The position numbers were made by a program, and so were the translations under genes. 64,000 bases of DNA, taken from IMG/VR virus record IMGVR_UViG_3300025940_000007, positions 1 to 64,000 of that record; one strand, given 5' to 3'. The notes below the pieces were generated by a model, which saw only the letters and a list, made by a program, of their open reading frames with translations, had not been told where the DNA came from and searched no databases. Source of the stretch: a virus. This document shows, piece by piece, positions 9,600 to 18,979 of this stretch. Position 1 is the first letter of the stretch. Each line of letters opens with the position of its first letter.

Positions 9600-10241
9600 A
9601 TGACAGACATATGGCCGGTCATTCACCTGATCGATGACAAGCACACCATCCACAACGCAGAGGTGGCTGCGCGCTGCGGCTGTCCCGGCGTCTTTCTGAT
9701 CTCCATGAGCGGCGACGACGTGCTGCTTGATCCGGCGGCGGCGCTGATCCGGCGCAAGGTGCCGTCGCTCAAGGTCGGCATTAACATGCTGGCGTCCGGC
9801 CCGGTCGATGCAGTGATCCACAGCATTGACCACGGCTACAACGCCACATGGTCCGACTACGAGTGGCAGAACAACGCCGCCGAGATCGATGACGTGATCG
9901 ACGGCAGCGACCACAAGTTCTTCGCGGCTGTCGCCTTCAAGGGTGAGACGCACGACGAGCCAGATCCTGACGCAAGCGCGCGTGAGGCTGTGGCGCGTGG
10001 CTTCATCCCGATGACCAGTGGCCACGGCACAGGCGTCACGGCGCCGATCGAGAAGATCCAGCAACTGCGCAAGGCGATCGGCCCGGGTGCTCCGCTTGCC
10101 ATGAGTGGCGTCAATCCACCGGATGCGCATCTGCTGACGCCACTCGCGACGCACTTCCTCGTCGCCACCTGCATCAGCAGCGATTTCTACACGTTCGATG
10201 AAACGATGCTGCGATACCTCGCATCGCAAGCCATCCGATAA
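9600..10241 (+). CDS. BtpA/SgcQ-like TIM-barrel protein
   Basis: WPVIH start, GVFLI, VGINML, VAFK and TSGHGTG motifs. Confidence 0.6.
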   Translation: MTDIWPVIHLIDDKHTIHNAEVAARCGCPGVFLISMSGDDVLLDPAAALIRRKVPSLKVGINMLASGPVDAVIHSIDHGYNATWSDYEWQNNAAEIDDVIDGSDHKFFAAVAFKGETHDEPDPDASAREAVARGFIPMTSGHGTGVTAPIEKIQQLRKAIGPGAPLAMSGVNPPDAHLLTPLATHFLVATCISSDFYTFDETMLRYLASQAIR

Positions 10242-10249
10242 GGAGCAAC

Positions 10250-10468
10250 ATGGTCCCAAGCAAAACCTTCGACAAAGTCAGCGCATCATCGATGGCTGCA
10301 GCCCGGCGCCACGAGCCGGGCGACTACTACGCGCTGACCGGCAACGATCTCAACGATCTCGCCGTGCTGGCGCTGCGCTTCGAGCATCGCTTTGACGATG
10401 CCAACGAACTTCGCGACTGGCAGAACAGGCTCAGCCTGATGCTGTCGGGCGCGGAGCGCGTTACCTGA
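10250..10468 (+). CDS. hypothetical protein
   Basis: AAGGAGCAAC RBS. Confidence 0.6.
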   Translation: MVPSKTFDKVSASSMAAARRHEPGDYYALTGNDLNDLAVLALRFEHRFDDANELRDWQNRLSLMLSGAERVT

Positions 10469-10490
10469 GATCCGCTGAGTGATCAGCGGC

Positions 10491-10541
10491 GGAGGCCCGC
10501 CACGGTTTGTCTGAAGCCCATAGCCGGTGTCCCGGGTCTCC
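10491..10541 (+). ncRNA. solitary TIGR-like unit U4 (slightly degenerate)
   Basis: GGAGGCCCG-CCA-CGGTTTGTC-TGAAGCCCA-TAGCCGGTG-TC-CCGGGTCTCC. Confidence 0.7.
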
Positions 10542-10752
10542 AACTTTTTCTGAGCCACGCCGCTCGATCAGCGGCTAGTGGAGGTGCCAACCTCCATGAT
10601 GAAGCGGTTTGATCACCGCAATAAAAGGCGCTCGGCCTGCAGTGTGGATCGGCCCGCGATGACGGTAGCGTGAGCGAGGCTCCCTGTAAGCCTGTGCCTT
10701 GAATGGCCAACCTCGCCCGTCACTTTCTATCTTTCACCTCAAAGGAGCAACC

Positions 10753-11442
10753 ATGAAACGCATCTTGATTGCGGCAGCGCTCGCGCTGTCGATGACTACG
10801 GCTCACGCGGCGACGACCAAAGTCAACGGCGTGACCATCTACGATCTTCACAAGGGCAAGTGGTGGTCAGCGTTCGCGACCATCAACGACAACAAGGACG
10901 CCGACGTGGCCTTTCAGTGCGCATTGCACACCGAGGGCAGCACCACCTCGAAGTTCTACATCAAGTGGACGCCTAACTACGGTCTGCGCGTCCAGTTGTG
11001 GAAGAAGGACTGGCAGTTGCCGGAGGGCGTGCCGATCCCGTTCGAGCTCGACCTCTTCGGCGAGGGCTTCGCTAAGACTCTCACCGTCAAGAACGGATGG
11101 GCAGTCAAACCGGCTGGCGCCGTTGGCACTTCGGTGTTCGGCGACGTCCACGAGGATCACACCGCCGACTTCATGGAAAAATTTCGTGAGGCCGATCGCT
11201 TGGTGATCAACTTCCCCGAAGGTGATGAGCCGTCGTGGAATATGAAGAGCGAGGGCACCCGCAAGGCTGGTGAGGAGTTCGCCAAGTGCATCGCCACGAT
11301 GCGCAAGGCGCTGAGCGAAACCGCCTCCAGCACGTCGCCCATCAAGCCGAAGGCAACGTCGCCGCTCGGCAAGCCACAGGCTCCGGCGCCGACTACTTCG
11401 CCGATCAGGCCGACCGGCAAGAAGGACGACGGCAGCGTTTGA
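10753..11442 (+). CDS. exported protein with signal peptide and Pro/Thr-rich tail
   Basis: MKRILIAAALALSMTTAHA signal; TSPI/TSPL repeats at C-terminus. Confidence 0.75.
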   Translation: MKRILIAAALALSMTTAHAATTKVNGVTIYDLHKGKWWSAFATINDNKDADVAFQCALHTEGSTTSKFYIKWTPNYGLRVQLWKKDWQLPEGVPIPFELDLFGEGFAKTLTVKNGWAVKPAGAVGTSVFGDVHEDHTADFMEKFREADRLVINFPEGDEPSWNMKSEGTRKAGEEFAKCIATMRKALSETASSTSPIKPKATSPLGKPQAPAPTTSPIRPTGKKDDGSV

Positions 11443-11490
11443 CGTTTCGACACCGCGCTTCTCCACGTGAGCAGCGCGGCACGAAGCGCC
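11440..11490 (+). repeat. structured intergenic element, copy 2 of 2
   Basis: TGACGTTTCGACAC-hairpin-CACGAAGCG, as at 6295-6338. Confidence 0.6.
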
Positions 11491-11520
11491 ACCCGGCACT
11501 TCCCACAAGGAGCAACCACA

Positions 11521-11769
11521 GTGAGAACACCCATCCTACTGGCGGCGCTACTGGCGCCCGTCGCGGCGCATGCTGGCGAGCCCACCATGCCGGTCATTCC
11601 CGACGACAGCATCAAGTCCCGCGCGTTGAAGCTGGGCTACGTGTTGAACGGCGAGAGCATGGTACGCGCCCCGGGCCTCGGCTCGATCGACGTCACCGGC
11701 CTTCTCTACGAGGTGCCGCCGCAGCTAAAACTGATCCCGCCGCCTGTCGCCAAGGGGGATGACAAGTGA
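11521..11769 (+). CDS. small exported protein
   Basis: GTG start after AAGGAGCAACC; LLAALLAPVAAHA signal peptide. Confidence 0.6.
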   Translation: MRTPILLAALLAPVAAHAGEPTMPVIPDDSIKSRALKLGYVLNGESMVRAPGLGSIDVTGLLYEVPPQLKLIPPPVAKGDDK

Positions 11770-11954
11770 GAATGCACTCGAACCAAATGCTCTCGATGGC
11801 CCGTGAAGCGATCGAGCTCGTCATCCTGCGCGCGCAGTGCGATAATGCGATCGCGCCGCAGGCTCACCTCTTCGATCGCATTCGCGATCTGCACCACGCG
11901 GTCGAGCTCATCGACAAGTGCGCGAACGTCGTCAGCATCAGGGAGGTCGCATGA
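11766..11954 (+). CDS. hypothetical protein
   Basis: overlapping start/stop with both neighbours. Confidence 0.5.
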   Translation: MRMHSNQMLSMAREAIELVILRAQCDNAIAPQAHLFDRIRDLHHAVELIDKCANVVSIREVA

Positions 11955-12424
11955 ATAATTGCGGGACATGCACGGCGTGCTGTCGCATCTTCGAGATCCC
12001 CGAGCTCGCGAAGCCCGCAGGGAAGTGGTGCGAGCACTGCGAGATCGGTCGCGGCTGTACGATCTACAACGAACGCCCGGCGGTGTGTCAGGAATTCGAA
12101 TGCCTCTGGTTGCTCAGTCAACAGCGTGACGATCCACGGGAGCACCTCGCGCCAGAGCTCCGGCCAGACCGATGCAAGGTCGTGTTCTCTCCGAGCACGA
12201 ACGATCGGATCATGGCGGCAACCACGATGCCCGGGGCGCCCACAGCGTGGCAACGTCCCGACGTGATGGCGATCATCAATCGAATGACCAGCCAAGGCAT
12301 GGGCGTTGTCTGCGGGGCGCCACGATCGACGCGCCGCACGATGATCGATCGCAACGGGATGCACGAGGTGCGGCTCACCGAGCCCGATTCCACCGGGATG
12401 CAGTGGAATGTGGACCCGTCGTAA
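11951..12424 (+). CDS. YkgJ-like CxxCxxCC Zn/Fe-S cluster protein
   Basis: CGTCTACC..WCEHC..GCTIYNERPAVCQEFECLW. Confidence 0.8.
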   Translation: MNNCGTCTACCRIFEIPELAKPAGKWCEHCEIGRGCTIYNERPAVCQEFECLWLLSQQRDDPREHLAPELRPDRCKVVFSPSTNDRIMAATTMPGAPTAWQRPDVMAIINRMTSQGMGVVCGAPRSTRRTMIDRNGMHEVRLTEPDSTGMQWNVDPS

Positions 12425-12431
12425 GACGGTA

Positions 12432-12483
12432 GGAGGCTCGGCCACGCATCGAGTGAAGCCCTCTCCAGCGCTGCCGGGCCTCC
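12432..12483 (+). ncRNA. solitary TIGR-like unit U5
   Basis: GGAGGCTCGG-CCA-CGCATCGAG-TGAAGCCCT-CTCCAGCGC-TG-CCGGGCCTCC. Confidence 0.85.
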
Positions 12484-12512
12484 GCTTTTCTTTCAACCAA
12501 GGAGCAACAACG

Positions 12513-12827
12513 ATGATCGACCAGCGACCCGAACCGATTTGTTTTCTGTCCGATGCGCTCGGCATCTATATCCCGCAACGATTCGCCAACGCGTGGCACG
12601 ATCGCGCGGTGAGCGTCGCTAATGTCAGCGATGAGGACTGGGCCGCGCTCGAAGCCGGGCCTGACCACAGTGAGTATTGGGATGCGTGGCAGGAAGTCTG
12701 CGACGACGCCAAGGTCACCGACATCAACGGCGTGGAATTCTTCCTCGACCAACAGGATGGCGGACTCTTCCTGATCCCCTTGGGAATGACTTGGGACGAC
12801 GAGGCTGATGGATGGCGATGGCCCTGA
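12513..12827 (+). CDS. acidic hypothetical protein
   Basis: AAGGAGCAAC RBS; D/E/W-rich. Confidence 0.7.
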   Translation: MIDQRPEPICFLSDALGIYIPQRFANAWHDRAVSVANVSDEDWAALEAGPDHSEYWDAWQEVCDDAKVTDINGVEFFLDQQDGGLFLIPLGMTWDDEADGWRWP

Positions 12828-12829
12828 CA

Positions 12830-12997
12830 ATGGCTGCGCGCAAGCGCAAGCACCACGCACTGATGACGGCGTTGCTGAAAGAGATCGAAGCCGGTCTCGA
12901 TCGCGACGTCGCCGCACAACGAGGCGCCGAGATTTTCGAAGAATGTTTCGGCGATCTACCACCACTGAAAAGGAGCAAACCGAATGACCGAAGTTAA
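12830..12997 (+). CDS. hypothetical protein
   Basis: short ORF in operon. Confidence 0.45.
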   Translation: MAARKRKHHALMTALLKEIEAGLDRDVAAQRGAEIFEECFGDLPPLKRSKPNDRS

Positions 12998-13190
12998 ACT
13001 CAACAGGCCGCGCGTGATCGACAACGATCGCGGCGCTGTCATCGTCACGTGGCAGGGCCGACAGATCCGCGCTTGGTCGTATCAGAACGACACCGAGCGC
13101 AGGACGAAAATGATGTACGCCCGGGAGTTCATCGAAGGCTGGATCGAGGGCTACGACTTCGCCGCTCGAAAAAGATTTTTGCCAGACTGA
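12984..13190 (+). CDS. hypothetical protein
   Basis: AAGGAGCA RBS. Confidence 0.6.
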   Translation: MTEVKLNRPRVIDNDRGAVIVTWQGRQIRAWSYQNDTERRTKMMYAREFIEGWIEGYDFAARKRFLPD

Positions 13191-13390
13191 GTCCTATACA
13201 GTCGGCAGAAATTGCGGGGCATATGCAAATTTGCATGTGCCTCGCCCTGTGTTTTCCGATGTCAAGTTTCTGAAATCACGAGCACGCACACTGGCGGGCT
13301 AGCGTTTGCGCGTAGTCGATCGCAGCGTTCTGCGATTTGGCGCATGTGCGTTTGCTACAATGCGCGTGTTGTTCAACCAAAGGAGTGACA

Positions 13391-13888
13391 ATGGCTAAGA
13401 GAGAAACCATCGAGACCATCGACGCGGCGCTCGCACGCTGGAAGCCTCGGCTGAAGCGGGCGGTCAATGCGATCGACAAGCTCGAAAAGAAGCGGCGCCG
13501 TCTGGTGGCGAAGGCCACGGTGAGCGCGGCGCTTGATCCGGTGCTGGAGCAACTCGGCGCACTGACGATCAGGCCCAAGACCGAGCGCGTGGTCGTGTTC
13601 GAGGGCGACCCTATCGACCCGGTCAAGATCGTGGACGATCCTGCGGTCAAGGCGGCGAAAGCCTCTGTAGAGGCCGCGCTGCTCGACCAGAGCCCCGATC
13701 TCGGCATCCCCTCCTTCCTGCGCCGGGCGCCTGACCCGGTGGCAGAGGAGATCAAGGCCGAACAGGCCGCGACCAAGAAGGCGAAGGCCGCTGGCAGGAT
13801 CGCGAAGATGAAAGCGAAGAAAGCCGGTGACCTGAAGAAGATGCCCCTCACCGGCAAAGCCGCGCTCGCCGCCATCCGGGGCGAGTAA
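13391..13888 (+). CDS. basic protein containing an FtsZ C-terminal-peptide-like motif
   Basis: AAGGAG RBS; DLGIPSFLRR at 13697-13726. Confidence 0.7.
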   Translation: MAKRETIETIDAALARWKPRLKRAVNAIDKLEKKRRRLVAKATVSAALDPVLEQLGALTIRPKTERVVVFEGDPIDPVKIVDDPAVKAAKASVEAALLDQSPDLGIPSFLRRAPDPVAEEIKAEQAATKKAKAAGRIAKMKAKKAGDLKKMPLTGKAALAAIRGE

Positions 13889-13919
13889 ACGAGATGGGTC
13901 GCCGGGCAACCGGCGGCCC

Positions 13920-13971
13920 GGAGGCCCGGCCACAGCACATATGAAACCCACGACTGGGTTGCCGGGCCTCC
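13920..13971 (+). ncRNA. solitary TIGR-like unit U6
   Basis: GGAGGCCCGG-CCA-CAGCACATA-TGAAACCCA-CGACTGGGT-TG-CCGGGCCTCC. Confidence 0.9.
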
Positions 13972-14005
13972 ACCCTTCCCCCAACCCACGAAAGGAGCAA
14001 CCATC

Positions 14006-14365
14006 GTGAAAAAGAAATGCCACGCCACCGGAAAGATCCGGCATCGCCGGGACTACGCTGAAGCCCTGCTGAAATCGTTTAACAACGCCGGAATGAGTGC
14101 GTACAAATGCCAGCACTGCTACGGCTGGCACTTAGGTAACAGCCGCACTGACTACAACTACCAAGCCCGCATCGACCAGCTTTTAAAAGGGAGCAAGACG
14201 AATGACGCCAAGCGAGATGGCAACGGAGATACTGAAGAACATCGAAGCGACCCGGGCAGTGATGGAGGACGGCCCGACTGGGTATGTCCTTCACACAGCG
14301 GACAAGATGCACCTCCTCTGTCAGAAACCGGGCGGCCAGATCTTCAAGAGCCATCCACAAAATGA
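14006..14365 (+). CDS. small Zn-binding phage protein
   Basis: AYKCQHCYGWHL motif; AAGGAGCAACC RBS; 3' part overlaps next gene. Confidence 0.6.
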   Translation: MKKKCHATGKIRHRRDYAEALLKSFNNAGMSAYKCQHCYGWHLGNSRTDYNYQARIDQLLKGSKTNDAKRDGNGDTEEHRSDPGSDGGRPDWVCPSHSGQDAPPLSETGRPDLQEPSTK

Positions 14366-14552
14366 TGCGGTGCTCGTGCTGACATCGCACGCCCGTGCGG
14401 TGACGGCACAGCGTTGGTGGAATCATCACAACCCGGACGACAAGGTGAAGATCGCACTGCGACGCGAAGCGATGCAGGCCTACATCGATGAACAGCAGAA
14501 TGCGCACAACATTCTGCTCACGCTGATCCAAATGAAGGAGCAACTGGGATGA
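14202..14552 (+). CDS. hypothetical protein (near-target of guides U6 and U7)
   Basis: GGGAGCAA RBS; 116 aa. Confidence 0.7.
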   Translation: MTPSEMATEILKNIEATRAVMEDGPTGYVLHTADKMHLLCQKPGGQIFKSHPQNDAVLVLTSHARAVTAQRWWNHHNPDDKVKIALRREAMQAYIDEQQNAHNILLTLIQMKEQLG

Positions 14553-14788
14553 CCAAGTTCAAGGACACTACCGCAGAGATCCGCAAAGAGATGATCGAGA
14601 TGGGCTGGCCCGAGGCGTCGTGCGAGAAAGCCGATCGACGCTACACCACAGATGAGCTCCGGCAGGAATTCATCGTGCGTTCATTCCTCGCGCCGTTTGT
14701 TTTCGTCACGCGGATCTCGGACAACGTGAAGGGGACGATGGAATTCACTCATGATCCTCGGCTCTACTTCAACTTCAAGCCCGACTAA
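14549..14788 (+). CDS. hypothetical protein
   Basis: AAGGAGCAAC RBS. Confidence 0.65.
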   Translation: MTKFKDTTAEIRKEMIEMGWPEASCEKADRRYTTDELRQEFIVRSFLAPFVFVTRISDNVKGTMEFTHDPRLYFNFKPD

Positions 14789-14797
14789 GGAGCAACC

Positions 14798-15220
14798 ATG
14801 CAACACTCGTACGTCATCATCAATCCGCACACCCGCAAGAAGTCTGCGATCGTGTGCGACACCATCTTCGAGGCGCAAGCCGCCGCCGGTCTCACGCAAG
14901 GTGTGGACCACGGCGTGCTCGTGCACGGCCTTGGCTACTGCGTGTACGAATTCGGGCTGTTCGTCCCGATCGAGGAGCAGAAATATTTCAGTGTCGGCAA
15001 CATCCTGTTTGCCGGTCCTGCCGTGTTCTATCGATACGACGATTACGGAGAAACATTGAGCTTGCGCGCGTCGGAATTCCCCGACGTGCGTTTCTACCTC
15101 GGTGCGAATGACATCGAGGCGGCGATCGATCATGGGGATGTCGAGCGTCCGTTCATGGCTGTGAATGGTGTCGAGTTGTGGCACTGGCCGCAGCCAGCCC
15201 CGAAAGGCATGAGTAGGTGA
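14798..15220 (+). CDS. hypothetical protein
   Basis: AAGGAGCAACC RBS; 140 aa. Confidence 0.7.
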   Translation: MQHSYVIINPHTRKKSAIVCDTIFEAQAAAGLTQGVDHGVLVHGLGYCVYEFGLFVPIEEQKYFSVGNILFAGPAVFYRYDDYGETLSLRASEFPDVRFYLGANDIEAAIDHGDVERPFMAVNGVELWHWPQPAPKGMSR

Positions 15221-15341
15221 GAGGGTGTGGACTGAGGACGTGACTGCACTGGCGATGATGACGGCATTCTGTGCCGTCGTTCTCGTTACCACTTGGCTCG
15301 TAATGAGCCACTAACCGCAACTGAAAAAGGAGCAACAAGCT

Positions 15342-15716
15342 ATGGACGATGGATTTCTCGGGACGATCCTTGCTGTGGTTATCGGCAAGGCAGTATGGGA
15401 TGGATCGAAATCGAAACTGCCACCAGCGAAGCAACGCGAGGTCAATCAAGACTTCGGGCGCTTCCTCGGCTGGGCTGTGATCGGCTTCATGGCTCTTGCC
15501 ATGCTCGCTGGAGCGATCGACAAGGCGTTCTCTCAGACGTCGCAGCACACCTTCCGCGACTCATCTGGTCGCGTGATGGGATATTCCACCACGAACAACG
15601 CTGGCACAGTGTACCGCAATGAGCTCGGCCAGACCACTGGCCGATCGACCACGAACAGCGTCGGCACCACGTTCTATAACTCGCGCGGCCAACAGACGGG
15701 CCGCATCAGCAAATAA
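15342..15716 (+). CDS. membrane protein with beta-hairpin repeats
   Basis: two hydrophobic segments; three repeats of the type T(F/Y)(R/Y)(D/N)xxGxxxGxS. Confidence 0.65.
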   Translation: MDDGFLGTILAVVIGKAVWDGSKSKLPPAKQREVNQDFGRFLGWAVIGFMALAMLAGAIDKAFSQTSQHTFRDSSGRVMGYSTTNNAGTVYRNELGQTTGRSTTNSVGTTFYNSRGQQTGRISK

Positions 15717-15738
15717 GAACCCTCCGTGAGGAGGCTAA

Positions 15739-15790
15739 GGAGGCCCGGCCAGTACATCGACGCAACCCATGTTGCTCATGCCGGGCCTCC
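15739..15790 (+). ncRNA. solitary TIGR-like unit U7
   Basis: GGAGGCCCGG-CCA-GTACATCGA-CGCAACCCA-TGTTGCTCA-TG-CCGGGCCTCC. Confidence 0.88.
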
Positions 15791-15823
15791 ACCTTTTTTC
15801 ATTCAACTAAGGAGCAACCAAAC

Positions 15824-16108
15824 ATGGTTACCAGTGAATTCCGCGACCTTCACAAGCTCGCGAAACAACGCACCCGTGACGCCGCCGCGAGCGTCCTGCA
15901 ACTGCTCGATGATGATGAGGAGCGCACAGCGCTGTTGCTGGCGTGCGCGATCGATTTCGTAGACGGCGCCGCTGTCTGCATTAAGGAGGACAACGAAGCG
16001 ATGACCAAGGATCAGGCGCTGGCTGCAGCGATCGGCATGCTGATCTCTTCCTATGGTGTGGAGAAGGTGGTCGCCGCCTTCAGGGGCTTACGGGAGGCAC
16101 GTCGATGA
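15824..16108 (+). CDS. hypothetical protein
   Basis: AAGGAGCAACC RBS. Confidence 0.65.
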   Translation: MVTSEFRDLHKLAKQRTRDAAASVLQLLDDDEERTALLLACAIDFVDGAAVCIKEDNEAMTKDQALAAAIGMLISSYGVEKVVAAFRGLREARR

Positions 16109-16464
16109 TGTTTCGATTGATGGCCTTCATCGTCGCCATGTCGGACACCGGGAGCGTGTCGATGGTGACGGCCCACACTGACTGGCCCGACGAGCAGGCG
16201 TGCCGGGCGATCCTCCAGAGCCACTACAGCCCGCCGCCGGAAACTGTTTTCAACGGGCACAATGTCGCGGTAAAGATCTCCGCCTCTTGCGTGCCTGTGA
16301 ACGACGCGCAAGTTCCCGTCCTACAGGCGCCCGTCGCAAACGGGCGTCCGCCCCCGATCAACGTCCCGCCGCCGCTCGCCCAGATGATCCCGCGCTTCTT
16401 CAACGAGCTCGGCCAACCGATGCTGGCGCCGCCATGTGGCGGGCGATTACCTTGCGACTACTGA
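16105..16464 (+). CDS. hypothetical Pro-rich protein
   Basis: coupled start/stop. Confidence 0.55.
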   Translation: MMFRLMAFIVAMSDTGSVSMVTAHTDWPDEQACRAILQSHYSPPPETVFNGHNVAVKISASCVPVNDAQVPVLQAPVANGRPPPINVPPPLAQMIPRFFNELGQPMLAPPCGGRLPCDY

Positions 16465-16467
16465 GGA

Positions 16468-16722
16468 ATGACCATGCGATACGAACGAGCCAACAAGCAC
16501 GATAATCCCAACTGCGAAGGTGTTCACTGCGGTGACGCCAACGGCGAGGTGCGCCGCTATCCTCTAGGCGGTGGCGGCTACCTCGTGCTGTGCATCGCCT
16601 GCGCAGCGTACGAGAACCATCAGCGATACATCCGAGGACGAGAGACCGGCCAGCCGCAGAATTTCCCACAAGCCAACTGGTTCTCTTGCACGGTGTACGG
16701 CGCAGAGGAGGCACCGAAATGA
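16468..16722 (+). CDS. Cys-containing hypothetical protein
   Basis: CEGVHC..LCIAC. Confidence 0.55.
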   Translation: MTMRYERANKHDNPNCEGVHCGDANGEVRRYPLGGGGYLVLCIACAAYENHQRYIRGRETGQPQNFPQANWFSCTVYGAEEAPK

Positions 16723-16955
16723 CCGGCGACGAATACCGTGCGGCGCTCGATCACGTGGGCATGTCCCAAGTCGGCGCCGCCCGCTTCTTCAAAGTCGCAC
16801 CCTCCACATCACGCCGCTGGATCGCGGATCAACTCATCGTCCCGCCAGCGGTGGCGAGGTTGCTGTGCGTCATGATGAAGAAGCACCTCTCACCCGGAGA
16901 AGTTCTTGAGATCGAAGCGGCCTTGACGAAGGTTGCGGAGACAGAGGACGCTTGA
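16719..16955 (+). CDS. XRE-like HTH protein
   Basis: YRAALDHVGMSQVGAARFFKVAPSTSRRW. Confidence 0.75.
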   Translation: MTGDEYRAALDHVGMSQVGAARFFKVAPSTSRRWIADQLIVPPAVARLLCVMMKKHLSPGEVLEIEAALTKVAETEDA

Positions 16956-17008
16956 TATATCGTCGGGTGAATTCTTTCCGGGCTGGGTTTTTGAGTTGCT
17001 CCTTTTAC

Positions 17009-17236
17009 CTAGCTCTGGTGGACCGTTGGGGCGGCGGCAACGTCGCCCCTTCGCGTCTCCCGCAACTCCTCCAGCGTCATCAGCACCGCCGCCATCGCTG
17101 TCAGGCGCCGCTCGGCTTCGGTGCTCGTCATCTTCCCTTGATCAATCATCCTCACGTACACGCGCTTTCGCTGTTCGATCTCGCGATGCACCTCCGCGAT
17201 CTGGGCGCCCAGTGAAACGCGATCGATCACGCTCAT
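17009..17236 (-). CDS. hypothetical phage protein
   Basis: QIAEVHREIEQRKRVY; last gene of the replication operon. Confidence 0.6.
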   Translation of the reverse strand: MSVIDRVSLGAQIAEVHREIEQRKRVYVRMIDQGKMTSTEAERRLTAMAAVLMTLEELRETRRGDVAAAPTVHQS

Positions 17237-17442
17237 TCAAAGATCTCCCATTCGATCCGCGTCACGGGCGCCCCGGAGCGCGTCTCGTGCGTCAAGCGAA
17301 ACACCTGTAGCTTGCACTGATGCATCGCTTCGAGTTGCTGCCGCTCGAACTCGACATCTTCCGGTGTCGCGGTCTTCAAGAACAGCGATTCGTATTGCAG
17401 TAACTTGACCTCTACCATGTCAGCCTCGAACATTGTCATCAT
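17233..17442 (-). CDS. hypothetical protein
   Basis: coupled ORF. Confidence 0.5.
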   Translation of the reverse strand: MMTMFEADMVEVKLLQYESLFLKTATPEDVEFERQQLEAMHQCKLQVFRLTHETRSGAPVTRIEWEIFE

Positions 17443-18979
17443 CCCATGCCCTTTTAGCTTTTGATTTTGCCCAAGCGATGGCGCGTGATTTGATCCATGA
17501 TGCGGTGCTCGGTTTCGGCGACAGCATGGGCACGTGCTTCATATCGTGCGCTGGCCACACGCCGATGCGCTCGCGGTATTTGTTCGCGGCCCAACCATCT
17601 TTGTAGTTATGCTGGAAGGCGTACCCTTTGAGCTCGGCGAAGAACATCGCCCGCTCGTTGTGCGTCAACAGCGAGCCGTCGCTCATGGGAGTCTTCGGGC
17701 GTGGCTTGAGCTCACGGAGCTCGCCCGCCCTCGGTTCTATTTTGCTGACCACGATGGAAGTAAACCCGCACGCCGGGCACTTCGCCATCTTCGGTGGCCG
17801 GAGATACGAACACTGCGGACACTCCTTCGGGAGCCGGATCATCATGGTGCGATTGTCATGACGCGGCGCCTTGCCGTCGTGCAGGCCGGTGTACGATTCA
17901 TCGATGTCGGTCACAAAGCCCAACCGGCTGTGGTTGTCGCTGTGGTCAAGGATCAAACAATGATCCTTCGGTGCCGAACCCTCTGGCGCCGTGCGCAGAC
18001 CGCGCCCGATGATTTGTGTGAACAGCATGTCGCTGCGTGTCGGTCGACAAAGCACGATGCATCGCACGTCCCAGTCAACACCGGTCGTCAACGTTTCGAC
18101 ATTCACAACCACTTCGTATTCACCGCTGTGGAATTTCCGCTTGATCTCGCCACGGCCCTCGATCACGGCGCCAGTCTTGCGGCTCCGCTTCGTCGCGTCG
18201 TCGTGGTTGAAGTCGAGGTAGCCGCAGCGCACGCCCGCCGCAATGAACTGCTCCTGCAGCTTCTTCGCGTGCGCACGATCGACGGCGTAGCACAGCGTCG
18301 GGCGCCGCTCGCCCAGTCTCACCCACGTGTCCACCGCGTCCCCGATCAGCGGCTGCATCTTCTCCGACAATTCCTGTTCGTGGTAATCGCCATTGACGAT
18401 GCGCACGCCCGTGAGATCCGGATGGCTCGGCGCGTACACTTTGAAGTCCGACAGGAAGCCAGCGTCGATCATCTGCCGGATCGTCGCCGCTTTGTGGAAG
18501 TGGTCGAACCATGCGCCCAGTCCCACGGTCCACGGTGTCGCCGATAGTCCGATGAACGGCACGTTGCCCCATTCAGGCATCTTGTCTTTCGATAGCCAGC
18601 GTTCGTAGAACCGAAACCACCGATGCGCCTCATCGAGGATCACGACGTCGGCCTGTGGCAACGTTCGCTTCATCAAGGTGGCGATGCTGCAAACTTGGAT
18701 CGGCTGCGTCCAATCCGTTTGATGATGCGTCGCTTGAATGACGCCCACGTCCCAGATCTTCTGCTTCGCGAACATGTCCACAGTCTGGTCGATCAATGAG
18801 ATCGCTGGCACCGTGAAGAGGATCTTCTTCTGCTTCGCCCGCGCATTGTTGACCAGTGCGGCGGCTAACATCGTCTTGCCGTAGCCTGTGGGCGCCTGCA
18901 TCATGATCCGACGCTTCCCTGCGCCCACCGCTTCACGCAGCGCCTGCAGTGCATCTTCCTGATCATCTCGAAGGGTCAT
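17420..18979 (-). CDS. SF2 DEAH-box helicase with Zn finger
   Basis: PTGYGKT, DEAH, GLSATP, QIIGRGLR; CPQC..CPACG. Confidence 0.93.
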   Translation of the reverse strand: MTLRDDQEDALQALREAVGAGKRRIMMQAPTGYGKTMLAAALVNNARAKQKKILFTVPAISLIDQTVDMFAKQKIWDVGVIQATHHQTDWTQPIQVCSIATLMKRTLPQADVVILDEAHRWFRFYERWLSKDKMPEWGNVPFIGLSATPWTVGLGAWFDHFHKAATIRQMIDAGFLSDFKVYAPSHPDLTGVRIVNGDYHEQELSEKMQPLIGDAVDTWVRLGERRPTLCYAVDRAHAKKLQEQFIAAGVRCGYLDFNHDDATKRSRKTGAVIEGRGEIKRKFHSGEYEVVVNVETLTTGVDWDVRCIVLCRPTRSDMLFTQIIGRGLRTAPEGSAPKDHCLILDHSDNHSRLGFVTDIDESYTGLHDGKAPRHDNRTMMIRLPKECPQCSYLRPPKMAKCPACGFTSIVVSKIEPRAGELRELKPRPKTPMSDGSLLTHNERAMFFAELKGYAFQHNYKDGWAANKYRERIGVWPAHDMKHVPMLSPKPSTASWIKSRAIAWAKSKAKRAWDDDNVRG

